A DNA stretch of 64,000 nucleotides. Source: Amoebidium appalachense (Eukaryota; Protista; Ichthyosporea). Positions 1 to 40,786 of the stretch are shown here, piece by piece (positions within the stretch are counted from its first letter, which is position 1; each line of letters begins with the position of its first letter). The position numbers were made by a program, and so were the translations under genes. Location of the stretch: positions 5,108,310 to 5,172,309 of the forward strand of contig CAVNZM010000008.1 in assembly GCA_963693365.1 (NCBI GenBank). Direction: 5' to 3'. Below the pieces are notes generated by a model. That model saw only the letters and a program-made list of their open reading frames with translations. It did no database searches and was not told where the DNA came from.

Positions 1-29
1 ATATATATGTATATATATGTATGTGTGTG

Positions 30-64
<35 letters not shown>

Positions 65-75
65 GTATGTATATG

Positions 76-131
<56 letters not shown>
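1..131. repeat. (TA)n microsatellite
   Basis: Direct: near-pure ATAT run with a few GT interruptions. Confidence 0.95.
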
Positions 132-134
<3 letters not shown>

Positions 135-698
135 CGTTCCCACCACTCCGAGATTCATGATCACGTGCACAGCAACGTGCGGAACACACCCGCTAGTAGT
201 TGCCGATCGATGCATATGATTGGTCATTGCCTTATGTCCACTAGGTCCTATGTGTAATGCATGACCGGCTCGTACTCCCTCCCCCCCCCCCCTCCCCCCT
301 CCCCCCCTTCCTCCCCCCCCTTACAGGGGGGCCCACCACATATATGCACCAACCCCTCTTCTCCACCTTCAAGGATTTTTCACACTTATTCCACTGGCCA
401 TGCATCTTTAGTTTTAAAATTTCCAATGTACGTTCAGAAATGGCCGGCCGGCTTTTTAAAGATACGACCGGATCCCTCTCGAGGTAGTGACACTACAGAA
501 GATGCAGGCTGCAAAGAAAGAGTTCAGACCCCCCCCCCCCCCCCCCCCCCCCCACCACCCACCCAACCCACCCAAATAAACACACCCAATATTTTTTCTT
601 ACTGTAGACACAAATATGCCCAGGCATTCACACGACCATACAGTGTGTTTCCTGCTTACGGCACTTTCCGGAGTCGGAGTCGGAGTCGGAGGAGGGGA

Positions 699-732
<34 letters not shown>

Positions 733-1033
733 GGGGGGGGGGGGGGGGACTAACGGTATACAGTGCAAATCGCCAGAGAGGCCAAAACCGATTGTGAGGT
801 ATCAAAGCCTCTACAAGTATCTGTGGGAAGAGGGGTAATGGGGGAGGGGAGGAGAGAGTGAGAGAGTGAACGAGATACAAACAGAGAGAAATACGTAGAG
901 GGAGAGGAAGAGAGAGAGTGAGAGCCTCGGAGAGAGAGAGAGAGAGAGAGAGAGCAAGAGAGAGTGAGTGAGTGAGTGAGAGTCGGAGACAGAGAGCCTG
1001 AAAGAGAGTGAGAGAGAGGGGCAAGGGGGGGCA

Positions 1034-1064
<31 letters not shown>

Positions 1065-1079
1065 GGGGTAAGGGAGGCA

Positions 1080-1500
1080 TATACATGTGCATGTTAATGA
1101 CAGGGACAGGAGAGTGTGGAGGGGGGGGGAGGGGGGAGGGGAGGGGGGGATGTGTGCATGAGTTGGTGGGGAAGGGGGGAAGGGGGGTAGGGGAGGGGGC
1201 ACGGTGCATGAGTGGGGCAACGGGGGAGGGGGAGGGGGGTGGGGTCGAAGGTGTGCAGATCGAGTGGGAGGGAAGAGGGGAATGTGTGCATGAGTGAGGG
1301 GGGGCAGGGGGAAAGGCGGGTGTGCACGAGTTGGGGAGGGGGAGGAAAGCGGGGGGGGTGCACGAGTTGGGGAGGGGAGGGGGGGGATGTGTGCATGAGT
1401 GGGGGGGGAGGGGAGGGGGGGGGGGGGGGGGGGGGGGGAGGTGTATGCATGAGTTGGGGGAGGGAAGGGGAGGGGGGATGTGTGTGCATGAGTGCCAGTG
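1080..1500. repeat. Degenerate G-rich minisatellite (GTGTGCATGAGTTGGGG core separated by G-runs)
   Basis: About 8 recurrences of gtgcatgagt/gtgcacgagt between G tracts. Confidence 0.75.
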
Positions 1501-1904
1501 GTGGGGGGGGGGGGGGGGGGGGGGGGGGAGGGGACTGAGGTCGGGATATGTGTATCGATATCTAGGGTATGTTACATGCATGTAAATGAGAGATGTGATT
1601 CATGCACCTAAACTTAGCGAAGAAAAAAATCTTAAACATCGCTGTTGAGGGCATCCAATTGCACAAACCAAAAGATTTGGCAGTGCCCATTGTGGCGCGC
1701 CCGCGCGCACGTGCACATTTTTTTTATTTTTTTTATCCCGTTTCACTCCCGGCGAGGCACTGCCTCAGGGGAGCTTACCGTCTTCCGCCTAGACACCAAG
1801 GCCTCCTTATAGATAAGGAGGATAAGGAGGCCTTGCTAGACACAGATCGTACACATGATAGCACACTCTAAGTCAGGATTCTAAATGACCCCAACTGCCA
1901 CTAT

Positions 1905-2340
1905 TTTTAGTTACGCCTTATCCCACGGTTCTAGCCGGAGCAACGCTAACGCTAGTGGGGAAGTGAGCACAGCTCACTTTAACAACACCAGCACGGACAC
2001 ATACACAAACATAAAGACTTGAAGGGAATACCCCATGCCCAGGACGCTGATCCGAACCGTGGCCGGTGACTCGGATTGGTCTCCCACTTGAACTTTGGGC
2101 CGGGATGCATGAGCGGCGCGCCGTCGACGTCAGAGGGCCGGTGTTGTTCGTGACGTCATGTATTGCGGCCGGATGATAACAAATTGGTGGTGCTGCTTGA
2201 CGTGGTCTGGGGTGATGGCTTCTAGGGGGCGGCCAGACCTGTGGACCGTCGAGGCAGAACAAAAATCGGAAGTAACCAGGATCGATCCTGCGACTTAGAG
2301 CTTGACAAGCAGAGGTCTTACCATTGCACCAACCCGCCCC
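1905..2340 (-). mobile_element. tRNA-derived SINE-like element (degenerate tRNA head ~2268-2338)
   Basis: The minus strand reads GGCGGGTTGGTGCAATGGTAAGACCTCTGCTTGTCAAGCTCTAAGTCGCAGGATCGATCCTGG: A box TGGTGCAATGG, B-box-like GGATCGATCC, GTC in the anticodon-like position, stems poorly paired. It is followed by ~350 bp of unique body; the 3' boundary is approximate. Confidence 0.5.
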
Positions 2341-2438
2341 CTGCGCGCACGTGCACATGCGTGACGGTGTGATGGTTGCAGTGGTGTTTGTGGGCACTTC
2401 AGCGGTTGTGTAGTGCGGGTAATGGCGGTGTGTGTGTG

Positions 2439-2496
<58 letters not shown>

Positions 2497-2545
2497 CGTG
2501 TGTGTGTACGGTGTGTGCGTGTGTGCATGTGTGTGTGTGTGTGTA

Positions 2546-2611
<66 letters not shown>

Positions 2612-3037
2612 TGTATGTGTGTGTAATTGGGGGGGAGCAGGGTAGGCGGTGTAATTGCTTTACAGATTGCGAAGTACATATTCACGGCGGGCAGTACAAT
2701 GCAGAAGACGTTGTGCACAGAGATAATGCATCATCAGCAGAGCCCATCCTGGGAGGAGAGAAGAAGGGGGGGAGGGGGGGGGGGGGGGAGGGAGGAGGGG
2801 GGGGGGGGGGGAGGGGGGAGGGGGGGGGAGGGGGGGTCACGTCAAGACTTGTAACACGACGAAAACGTAAGCCAAACCAAGCTGTTGGCTTTGTAGACCG
2901 GACGAGGCATCCTTTGGACATCAATTAAATTTATCAATATATTCGTACTAATTCTGAATTCTAAATTGGAAACGCAATCAAATCCTTCCGCTTCAAATAT
3001 ATGTGCACTCTTCCTGATGATAGTCGATCGACCACAC

Positions 3038-3400
3038 TCACCGTGTGCTATTTGGATATAACGGGGATATACACAACTAGAGGCACAGCACGCACCGTGT
3101 ACTATTTTGATAGAACGGAGATATACACAACTAGTAAGATGCAAGGCTCACCGTGTGCTATTTAGATATAACGGGGCCCGGATATACACAACTACTAAGA
3201 TGCACAGCACCGTCACCATTTGCTATTTAGATATAACGGAGATATACACAACCAAACACACAGTACTCACCGTGTGCTATTTAGATAGAACGGGGATATA
3301 CACAACCAGTCGCACAACACTTGCCATGTGCTGTTTAAATATAACGGGGATATACACTTGGAGATAGACATAATTACGGTGTGTGTTAAATATCACGGAG
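3038..3400. repeat. ~55-60 bp minisatellite (CCGTGTGCTATTTAGATATAACGGGGATATACACAAC), ~6-7 copies
   Basis: Units visible at ~3040, 3094, 3150, 3210, 3270, 3325, 3380. Confidence 0.85.
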
Positions 3401-3711
3401 AACACAAGGGAAGCGTTCAAGCGGTCTAATTATCCCAGAGCAGCCTAACATGGCAGGTAGGGAGCGCCCACCATGTGCTAAACAGATATAAAACGGAGAT
3501 ATACTATATAGATTTATTTAAAGAAGGACAGCAATCGCCAGATGCTGTTTAGGCATCCAACCTAGAATACTGTCCCCAAGGATGTTAAATAAACATTATC
3601 ATATCAAGATGGGGCACTAAGAATGGAAATAAGCTAAAAGGAAGCAACTTTTTGACTGGAGCCAGCACGTTTGTGTTGCCGAAACCATCGTCAAATGTGA
3701 TTGGCCTCAGA

Positions 3712-5150
3712 TCACTCTACATATGTACTCATGCTCGTTAAAGTAGACATTTGGCCAACCCACGTATCCACCAAGTGATGATCCTCACCAGTACCATCGG
3801 TGCTCTCTCCGACCTCCCAACCCGAGCCCCCATTTTCACCAATCAGCGACAGATTCAACCTCTCACTCGCCTGTGAGCTGCCCCACGACACACTATTAGA
3901 ACTGTTGCTGCACGGGAGGGCCGGAAGCGTGTTCGCTACCGTCGTGTGCAGGGTAGCACAAACACTTTCGTTATCATCACCTTGCGATACACCGTTGGTA
4001 TTATTGAGTCCGAAGAACGCTCTTTCCAGTGGCACGGGTGGCGGCGGCGAACTTAATGAATTCGAAGAGGCACAATGGTGTCTGCCGTCGAGCTTATGGT
4101 TTGTCTGCGCAATTTTTTTTGGAAATTCGTCGTTTTCGGCCGCGTCCACCGGAGATTCCTCTTGTTCGCCAGCGGCAGGCAGAATGTACGGTGCCGTGTA
4201 GTCTTTGTGCCGACGGGCAAAGTATCTCTCCTTGGGCATTTCGATCATGGCGCGTACGTGCTGCGTCCACACGTGTCTCTCCACGTTGTTTCGTTTGTTC
4301 GCAAACGTCGAGCGGCAGTTTGGAAAACCACAACGGTACAATCTCTGTCTCCGCACCGTCCCTACCGGGGATGCGCTCGCACTTAACATGCTGTCGGCGC
4401 CATCTGCGCTGAGAGTCGCCGTGCCGCCGTGTACGGTGCAGAGGGGCGTCTTGTTGTGCGCACATGACTTGTTTTCCGTTGTGTTTTGTATGAGCGCCGG
4501 TTAGGCGCTCGTGCAAGTAGTGCGGCCTTCTGTGTTGCAACCTCCCTCTCGTCCTCCGACCCGTCCGATATATCATCTTGTTGTTGCTCCTCGCTATGAT
4601 TCGAATGTTCCTCTCCATACACATCGTCGGAGATGTTGGTGTCTGTCAGAGAGAGAAGTCGCTCCAAAGGCGCACTTGTGTAGTTTGTTGCTTGCTGCCC
4701 AACTCGGAGGCTATGCAAATGCGTATCTGAGCCGTGCTCCGGTTGTAGGGTTGCATGATATTCGTCCAAAGACGCGCTGCGTGGGCTACTCTCATCCGAG
4801 GAAACAGAAGGATCGCTAGTACCTGCACATGGCGCGGTGTTAAATGAAGGTTCAACCACTGGGTATGTTTGAGATGGGGTTGTACAATGGACGCTCGCGT
4901 AGTCTGCGCTCGTAAGATTCCAGTCAATAAGTAAAATTTGGCGCAACTTTTCCGGGTCCTGCTTCAACAGGAAGTCGAGCGAGTATTCATCATCTTCATG
5001 TGCCTGCAAGCCCATCATAGTAACCTCTTCGAAAAAATGGGCAAGTTCGTCCGTCACCGTGGGTGTTTGGGTGTCCTCATTTACGTTATGATAACTACTA
5101 CTGTTATCTGCATAGGCGCCTAGCTCACCGTTTGCATGTGCCAGTTCCAT
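3712..5150 (-). CDS. Putative C2H2 zinc-finger protein, split into two overlapping frames (acidic N-terminal part 4383-5150; zinc-finger part 3712-4500)
   Basis: Two long non-repetitive ORFs overlap at 4383-4500. The downstream one contains YRCGFPNCRSTFANKRNNVERHVWTQH (C-x4-C-x13-H-x4-H). The upstream one starts MELAHANG and is acidic/Ser-rich, then basic. Joining them needs a frameshift or a small intron. Confidence 0.6.
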
Positions 5151-8100
5151 GATGGTGGTATGCTGGTGCACGTGTGGAGTCTTTGTTAGTGAATTCCGCG
5201 GCCGTAGGTGGTTGCAATTGCGGAGAAAGGAATGATTGTGATTTGGCTCTAAGGCAATAGATATATATGCTGGTGAATTCAGAAGCAGGAAATGCAACGA
5301 GTTCGATATGCAGCATGCAATTAGCTAGCCCAAGGCTGCAGAACTTCAAACCAGCCAGCAACGTTAGCTCGCAATTACTATCTATGGTTTGTTGTAACGA
5401 GGACTGCCCTAACATGCCAACGAAGGAGGAAAGCTAGAGGGGATAGCACGGTTTTGGGCGTTACAGATATGAACTCCGGTTGGGGCGACTGGTGGTGGTG
5501 AGGTAGCTAGGTACTGAGCTGTAGAGATTGTGCGTGTGCATGACCACGAGCATGGAGAATTGTGGAGGGCCCAGAGTTTATGCAAACAACTGGCGCTTTC
5601 AATATGCGCATGTGACTAAATTGGTTATAATGCATATAGGTACCGTCAACACAAACTGAGGTGGTTCCCAAACGTAGCAGCACGGTATGATTACTAGCTC
5701 AGCACGCTTCCCCCCTCCGTGGTTTATTATGCATGCACAAGCTTGCTGGGACGAACATAATTACCGGGATACCGTGGGCTGTGGTCGCGGTGATTACAGT
5801 ATGTGATATGGTATGCGCAGAGCCACTCGTGACTCGGGGCAAATTCGGCTGAGTCGTTCCAACCTCTCCACGGCAAGCTTGTCCCCCTTGCATAAATATG
5901 TTTGGGAGGAGTCGCGGAGGCTGCTGCATGGCTCCTCCCTCACTACACTTGAAAAAATGTTCGACACTACGAAGCTATCCTCTACTTTTACTAACCAATA
6001 TAGATATTTCGATCATAGCCATGCATGAGACACATGGTACACAAGCTGTGCATGCGCATGCAGCGCGTATCAGTGACTGCACAGGGCCGTAAGAAGGGGT
6101 GCACGTGACACGCATGCACTGCGCACGCGGTGTGCAGCGAGTTTCCTGCCCATATAAGGTGCATGGTGCATCTTTCAGAGTCGGGCAAAAAGTAAACAAT
6201 GGATTCGCCTGCAGCTCTGGCGGTGCTGCCAGTCTACATCAGAATCAGCGGCCACACAACAAATGCATGCTTTTTCTTGCGTAGAAATATACGAAAAATT
6301 GATCTAAAAAGAATAATTGTTTTTGACATAACAAGGGATTAATTTCTCAAAGAGCGTCCGTGCGTATGGCAGCCACCGCCAAATCAGAGCCCAACAAATA
6401 TTCGCAAAGCCCAAATCTGTTTGCTGCGCTCACTGCTCTTCGCCTATTGGATTCAATTCCACCCAATCATAATCAACAAACAAAATAATTATTGATTTGA
6501 TTGGCTCCTTGACGTTTTGGTGCAAGATGGCGCTGGTTGGACCAGACAGCATCGATCCCGTTTCCGACCCAGTGTCGCAGAAACGAAAAGAATATTAATG
6601 CCACCACTTTGAAGCTCGAAATTGTTACATAAATGTAACTATAGGAGATTACTTTGATGAGAAAACAGTGTCAATATGCTTTCATAGAGTGCAAATACCA
6701 GCCAATATCTTAGAATCAGGAGCCCTGGTATACATATACGTACAGCCTGAAAAAAGCTTTAAATTTTGCAGCCCCTGATGCGCCGGGCTCGGTGGGGTGC
6801 ATGTTGGTACGTACACCGGTAATCCGTGATCCTCCGAGAGAATGCTAGCCGGGCAGATAGCAAGCTAGCAACTTTCGCATGCATGGACAAGCGGTCTTCA
6901 AACACCCGCATCCCCCCCTACCCTAAAAATTAAGAGATAACGCAACTGCTACTATTGATATACCAGGCTGAGCAAACATGATGATGTTACAGTACACAAA
7001 CTGTAATGAGAATGGCCGGCGCGGTTTTGCACGCCTTCAACTTTCTTTCGTGCACCAACACTTGTAATAGATGACAAGGTGAAAACACACGTGCATATTT
7101 ACGGTATTAAATGGCTAACGGGATCCGGATCCGGAGGGAGGGACGGAGTCACACATGAATTCTGCTGTAAAGCAGATCCCCCCCCCCCCCCCCCCCCTCC
7201 CCCCAACCACCACCACCACCACACCCACCAACCCAATAAAACAAGGTCGAGATATATTAATAGCTCTCCGCAATGTATTATCGCATGCACCTCGGCACGG
7301 ACCTGCTTATTTATTGCGAATACATAGTATTACCCTTTTCATACACATTTGCATGCTTTTCGTATTCAATTTGCCGAGCGTTAAAAAATAACAAAACACA
7401 AAACACACAAAAAAAAAAAAAAAAAAAAAAAAACTTTTATAAGAGCAGTTCCGTTACAAGTCATGCTCACCTAGTAAAAATATTATTAATAACCAAGATC
7501 GACGGTCAAAACAAAAAGGGCATTACATATTTGTATATGCATATGTGGACGTGTCAGTAGGCACGTGTTAACGTTGTTTCTGTCTTTGCTCTTGCAGCAC
7601 ACATTGTGAAATTACCAGGCAAGAAATGATTTAGCTTGAGTTCATGCAAAAGTGTTACAGCGCGTGGGGGTGCATACATCCCCCCATTAACCCCAAATCT
7701 TCCCACGAGACAATTTTGTTTAATCATTGTGCAATCATGCCGGGCCCCGGCCCCCCACACTCAAGCGAATTTTCCACCACACTCCTACTACATCTTAGCT
7801 ATACCTTCCAAGGCTACCAAAAAAGCCAAAAACAATCACGAGTCAGAAACCAATACCCCATGTAGCCGTCGACATTTCCTAAAATGGCAACACTGCACAC
7901 AATTGCATGCATATGGACGCCTTCCGCCAAATATTCCCCCCCCCCCCCCCCCCTCCCCCCCCTACCCCCACCCACCCACACACAAGAAAAACAAAACAAA
8001 AGATAACAAAACAAAACAAAAAAAAACGGCCATAAGTATACCATTCAAAATGCCGTTCATCATTCCTAGCCTCGAGCATGGGAAAACGTCATCCCAAAAA

Positions 8101-8239
8101 AAACCATATTTGGATATCCACATCCTACAAAATTTCCTCATTAGGGAAAAAATGGTGATAAAAAAAACTGGCATTCTTGGATTTCTAAATTTAGGCAACA
8201 CCCCAATTAGGTCCATAACAATAACCACCATGCAATTAA

Positions 8240-8590
8240 GGATACCTCCACCTTTCAAATTAGGGCATCCACCACCTCCACCTTCCATATTTAGGTAACC
8301 CCCCCCCTCCAAAAAAGGGCATCAAAAACCATCATCTTCCATATTTGGGTACTCACCACCTCCACCTTCTATATTTAGGCACCCACCACCACCACTTTCC
8401 ATATCTGGGTACCCACCACTACCATTTTCCAAATAAAAGCAACCAGACATCCACCTTCCATATTTGGGCACCCACACCTCCACCTTCCATATTAAGCACC
8501 CAAAAACCTCCATCTTCCATATTTAGGCACCCACCACCTCCACTTTCCATATTTAGGCACTCACCACCTCCACCTTCCATATTTGGGGAC
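8240..8590. repeat. ~30 bp minisatellite (CCACCTCCACCTTCCATATTTAGGCAC), ~11 copies, directly 3' of the KDM3 stop codon
   Basis: Tandem copies seen directly. Confidence 0.9.
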
Positions 8591-8592
8591 CC

Positions 8593-35850
<27,258 letters not shown>

Positions 35851-36365
35851 CTTTCCTGCTCCTGAGCACCTTTGTGCTTGAAGCACTACACTGAAAAAAC
35901 GGACTAGAACCGACTAGAATCTCCCACAGCCTAACTATTAATTCATAACCCTACCCTCTACTGAGTTAGATGACACTTGAGCAATTTTGGGTCTACGCCG
36001 ACCTTCCAGCCAGCCGGCCTGCCATTTTAAAAAATTCACTGTGTGCACTTTTACTAAAAGTGTTCGCCGTTTGGGTTGGTTGTCTGAGGGGTTGGTGGTG
36101 AACGAGGTTGGGTTGGGCGTGCATGTACTTTTACTTAAAACGGCTTTCTTGCTGCAAGAGCCAATAGTACGCTACATGCAAAACAATAAGAAGAAGAATT
36201 TGTTTTTCTTCGCCTACATTCCATGAACCTGTGTTCGACTGGAAAGGGGTAGGTTGTGCAACCGTGCGCACTGTTGGTGCCAACCGCACTGAGCGCCACA
36301 GAGCTGCGCCACAGTGCTTCGCTTCTAGAAGAGCCACCTTCCATACATAGTAATGTGTCAATCAG

Positions 36366-36402
36366 GCTTATGATTGGATACCGGAACACCAATTACGTCA
36401 CT
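36366..36402 (-). promoter_or_regulatory. Putative KDM3 proximal promoter motifs (two CCAAT boxes and CRE-like TGACGTAA)
   Basis: ATGATTGGATACCGGAACACCAATTACGTCAC lies ~520 bp upstream of the ATG. The block is retained in the paralogous segment at ~45452-45490. Confidence 0.45.
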
Positions 36403-37119
36403 TGACAAGTCTGACCGTCCGGCCGGTCGCGTCGGCGTCAGAGACTGGAGTCTCTGTCCAACCGACACTGACACCAAAACACATGCTTTGGCTCAGTATG
36501 CCCACACTGTAGTATTAGAATATATTTGTGTATGCCGATAGCTCGAGTGTGTCCGAAGAAACAGCCGAGGTGCGGCCTTTGTTCGCGCGTTTTTTCCCGA
36601 GAAAGCCAACCCCTCCTCCGCCCGACCCCCTCCCCCCGGCCCCCTCGAGCCCTCTTCCCCCCCCCCGGCCCCCCCCTCTGCCCCCGCTTCAAGGTCTCCC
36701 CTCCCTACCCCCCCCCCCCTCCTCCCCGTCATGCCCCCTCCTTCCCCCCCCCCCTCCCCCCCCCCCCCCCCCCCCCGGCACGCTCCCCCCTCCCTCCCTC
36801 TTCCTACCCCCCTCCCCCCCCGGGAGTGCCACTGCGGGCCTACCCCTGCCTGCCTTGCATCCGTGCAACTACTCGATCGCCTCCCCCCCCCCCCCCCCCC
36901 CCCCCCCCACACACACGAAACACACACACACGCGCCCGCACGCCCACGCACACACACAGACACACACGCACACACACACACACACATACACACACGCACA
37001 CACACACACCCGTGCAGACAAACACACAAAAGAAACCACCCCACCCACTGATCGGTAACTCAACATCATCTCCACCACGCGCACACAAGCACATGTGCAC
37101 ACACACACACACACACACG

Positions 37120-37209
<90 letters not shown>

Positions 37210-38639
37210 ACAGTGTCGCACAAGCATGCAGCACATTGCTCGTTTATTCAAGCAGTTGCAGTATCTCTGATCAAATTTCTGTGTGGTTGGAGTGTTCTGG
37301 TAGAGAGAAGGGCGGAGGAATCTGAAAGGCCGGGGTACCGGGGGTGACGGATGTTCAACGGGGACTCTAAAGTGCGCGCGCCCCAGCGGCGGGGGGCGAG
37401 CCGGGGGGGGGGGGGGGGGGGGGGGGGAAGGGGGCATCTTATTGGTTTATAATAGAAGATTCAAAGAATTGACCGAGGGAGAGTAAGGAGGAGGGGGTCC
37501 AGGCAATGAGGGGAGGTTGAGCCTCGGAAAGGCAACGGGATTCAGAAGGGAATTACTACTAACATTTTCTCTCACTTATAAATCCCTCCCCCCCCCCCCC
37601 CTCCCCTCCCCCCCCCCCCCCCCCCCTTCCCCAACCCTACCTTCTTCCCCTTTCCCAACCCCACCAAGCACACAGTGAACGCTTTAAAACCGAACGCTTT
37701 ACTTCAAATATGGTGGAGCTCGAGAAAGGGGCAAAGAATCAAAGAATCGTGTGCCATGGATAAGGCGGGCTTGTGGGGAGAGGGCGGTGGTTATGTGGAG
37801 GTGAGGGGGGGGGGGGGGGGGGGGGGTAGCGCGGAGCAACTGGGGCTACGGAATGCGATGCAAACAGCTGACAAGCACCCCCGGGAGGAGGGGGTGTTGG
37901 GGGGGGGGGGGGGGGGGGGGGGCACCCTACTAGTAGTGTAGGCTTCAGATTGACGGGGGAGATTTAACGTTGGGGAGAGGGATTCCAGGTGAGGAGGGGA
38001 TGTTGCAGGAAGTGGACCGAGAACTGAGGGGAGCTCGAGGGAGTCACCGGCGTGAGGGGCAGGTGTACATGTGGGTGTGACTGTGTGTGTGGGGGGGGGG
38101 GGGGGGGGGGGGGGGAGGCTATAGGACAGAGGCAGGCCTGGGAGTGATTAATGATGTGTGTGCTCTGAGCTTCACCCTGATCATGTCACACAATGAAACA
38201 TAAAAGATGGGCATGGTTCGACACTGTCTGATTCAGTCTCGTTACCAACATAACATAACCTTCCCCCCTGCCCCTCTTTTCTCCACCCCCACACTGGTCA
38301 CCAAGCCTACGACGTGTACCGAGCCCTTTTTATTTCCGGTTAGCTAACTAGTTCGGAGGAAGGGGCAGAGATTTGAGTGTACTGTTGAATTGTTTAGAGT
38401 AAAATGCAGGGCCCCAGGGTCCCAGCCGGGGGGGGGGGGGGGGGCAACGGCGGAGCAACAGGGGGATTTTTTAGCACGGCTTGTCTGCCGACCTATATTT
38501 TTGTCACATTTCACGGCTAGTAGCACGAAGCACAGACTGCATGAGCTATCCTCATGGGTTCAAAAATCAGCAATATTTAATATGAACATTGATTCCTGCA
38601 AAATATGCATGGTATGATACGGTCCGTTGCAACATCATT

Positions 38640-39378
38640 AGTATTTTTCCATCACGCTCATCCCTGCAAGGGTTAATCATATTTCCTGCGCCAGATTATT
38701 CAGATCTTTCCACAGTAGTTTATTTTGGGTCCCTGCATCATGGCATCCCCTAATCATGAGTCTCACCATCACAAGAAACAACTCCGAGTGTTAGTCACTA
38801 ACCCTGGCAATACATGCAGCGGTGCTGCACGGTCTCCGCCCGTCACAGTCGCAGGTATCCATACACCTGTAACCGTTTTGACTCTCCGTCCCCACATAAG
38901 TGTCTGACTTCACGCACGGAAGAGCTTTGAGTCTTTCACCGTGACATTAACTCCCGGTGGAGCACTCTCTCCACCCGTCATGGTCGCAATCAGTTCTAAA
39001 CGAGTAGTAGTTACGAGGCCCCTCCGACCCCACATCAGTGTTGGACTTCACGCACGGCCAGGAGCCAGCCGGAGCCTTAGCCTTGTACATTGGAGCCTCG
39101 TCTTCTTGAAGTTGTCGAAATATTTCCTGACGGGCCTCGACGTGCCCAGACGTTGATACTTCTTGTGGCTGCCGTTCGGCCGGTAGGGACGATCCTCATC
39201 ATCATAATCCTTCGCATCCACGTTGTATTCGGGAATAGTCTAAGTTATCTTTTGCGCCATAGTCATATTTGATTCCATGTGTGTTTGCACTGCCGCCCGC
39301 TGCTAGAAGCACGACGAGAGCGAAGGCCAGAGGGATAAGGAAGAGGGACAGAGGTTTGCGTGCGCGTTTGGTGTCCGT
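38640..39378 (-). pseudogene. Pseudogene of the secreted Cys-rich precursor family (three Cys modules)
   Basis: Same signal peptide (KPLSLFLIPLAFALVVLLAAGG), but ATG is changed to ACG and there are frameshifts and stops. Remnants CVKSNTDVGSEGPRNYY, CVKSDTYVG, CMDTCDCDGRR and GAGNMINPC. Confidence 0.85.
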
Positions 39379-40471
39379 GGTGAGGATTACCTCGGTGTTG
39401 TAGACGTGGAGACGGAAGATACGACGGCAGCCTAACTTTGAAACCTGAGAACGAGTAACAAACAGTAAACGAATGGAGGACACAAGCACAGAGCCACAAC
39501 GACACTTTGTCGTAGGCAACTGACAAAAAGTCTGGGTTGCTTCGAATTCCAGCGGCAGAGGCTTGTCGGTTCATGTGGCTTGTGTTCGTTCGTTTGGTGA
39601 GATGGGAGGACAATCAGGACCATCACGGCCATGAATTGAATTAGGTACGCATACTATTAGATGTTGTTGTGATCACCCTCTCCTGGTTATGCAGGCGCAT
39701 AACGATGCAGGTGCACTATAGGCATACACTACCAAACACAACACATATGGATTCTTAAGGATAAACATGTAAGTGATTAGAAGAACAAAGACTCGTATAG
39801 TAAAACTTTGGTCGATTTTCACACTGTCCTCGCGTAAGATCTCGCTTATGTCTGCGCGCTGACACAGATCACTTTCTTCAAGGCTTTACGTGCTCTCAGC
39901 CTGATTTGGCTTGTTGCCTCCCTCTCTTTATCCTTCTAACTTTTCCCCTCCGGTTTCTCCGCGCCGTCCCTCTCTTTTTTGCAATGTTCCCAATCTGCCG
40001 TAAGTGGCAGTGGTTGTAGGAGCTGCCCCTGAGTCTCGTCGCGGCCGCGTCAGTGCAGGCGATCATCATCGGATCACACGTCACTAGTTCATCACAAAAT
40101 CGGATTATCCGATTGTTCTGTGTTTTTTGACGTCTTCGTATTTGTATTTCCGAGACAAAATGGGGACAATGATGAAGCCATCAGGCAGTCCACTTTCACA
40201 TATCAAACTTTGAAGTTTTCAACTTATGTAATAGAAGTTTTTGTTTTCAATGGCATAACATGGGCTTATGCATGCATATGGCAGCTGGGTGACAAAATTT
40301 GTCCCAAATCATTGACCGTACATCTTACAGCAGGACAGATTTAACACTGGAATGCATCCAGGCCGAGACTATCAAAGGCTTTGTACCCGCGCTGGTGTGT
40401 CCGTGTCACTTGCGTACGCGTACGGTGCACGGTGTGTGTAGCCCCCTCCCCTCCCCTCCCTCCCCTCCTCC

Positions 40472-40544
<73 letters not shown>

Positions 40545-40750
40545 GCAGCGAGGGGGGGGGGGGGGGGGGGGGGGGGGGCTCGGGGGTTGGGGGTATGACA
40601 AGGGGCTGGGCGAGTTTCAAAATGTGCACCATGTCTGTGTGTACGTTCAGCAGTTCGGTGTATTTTGTGTTCGTTTGTCACTGGGTGTGTACGTATGTGT
40701 TTGTGTGGTGTGTGTGTGTGTGCATGTGTGAGTATCACAATTTGTGTGTA

Positions 40751-40786
<36 letters not shown>

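Noticed and set aside
2268-2338. Functional tRNA-Asp gene
   Set aside because: Acceptor and anticodon stems pair poorly and the T-loop is altered; treated as a SINE head.
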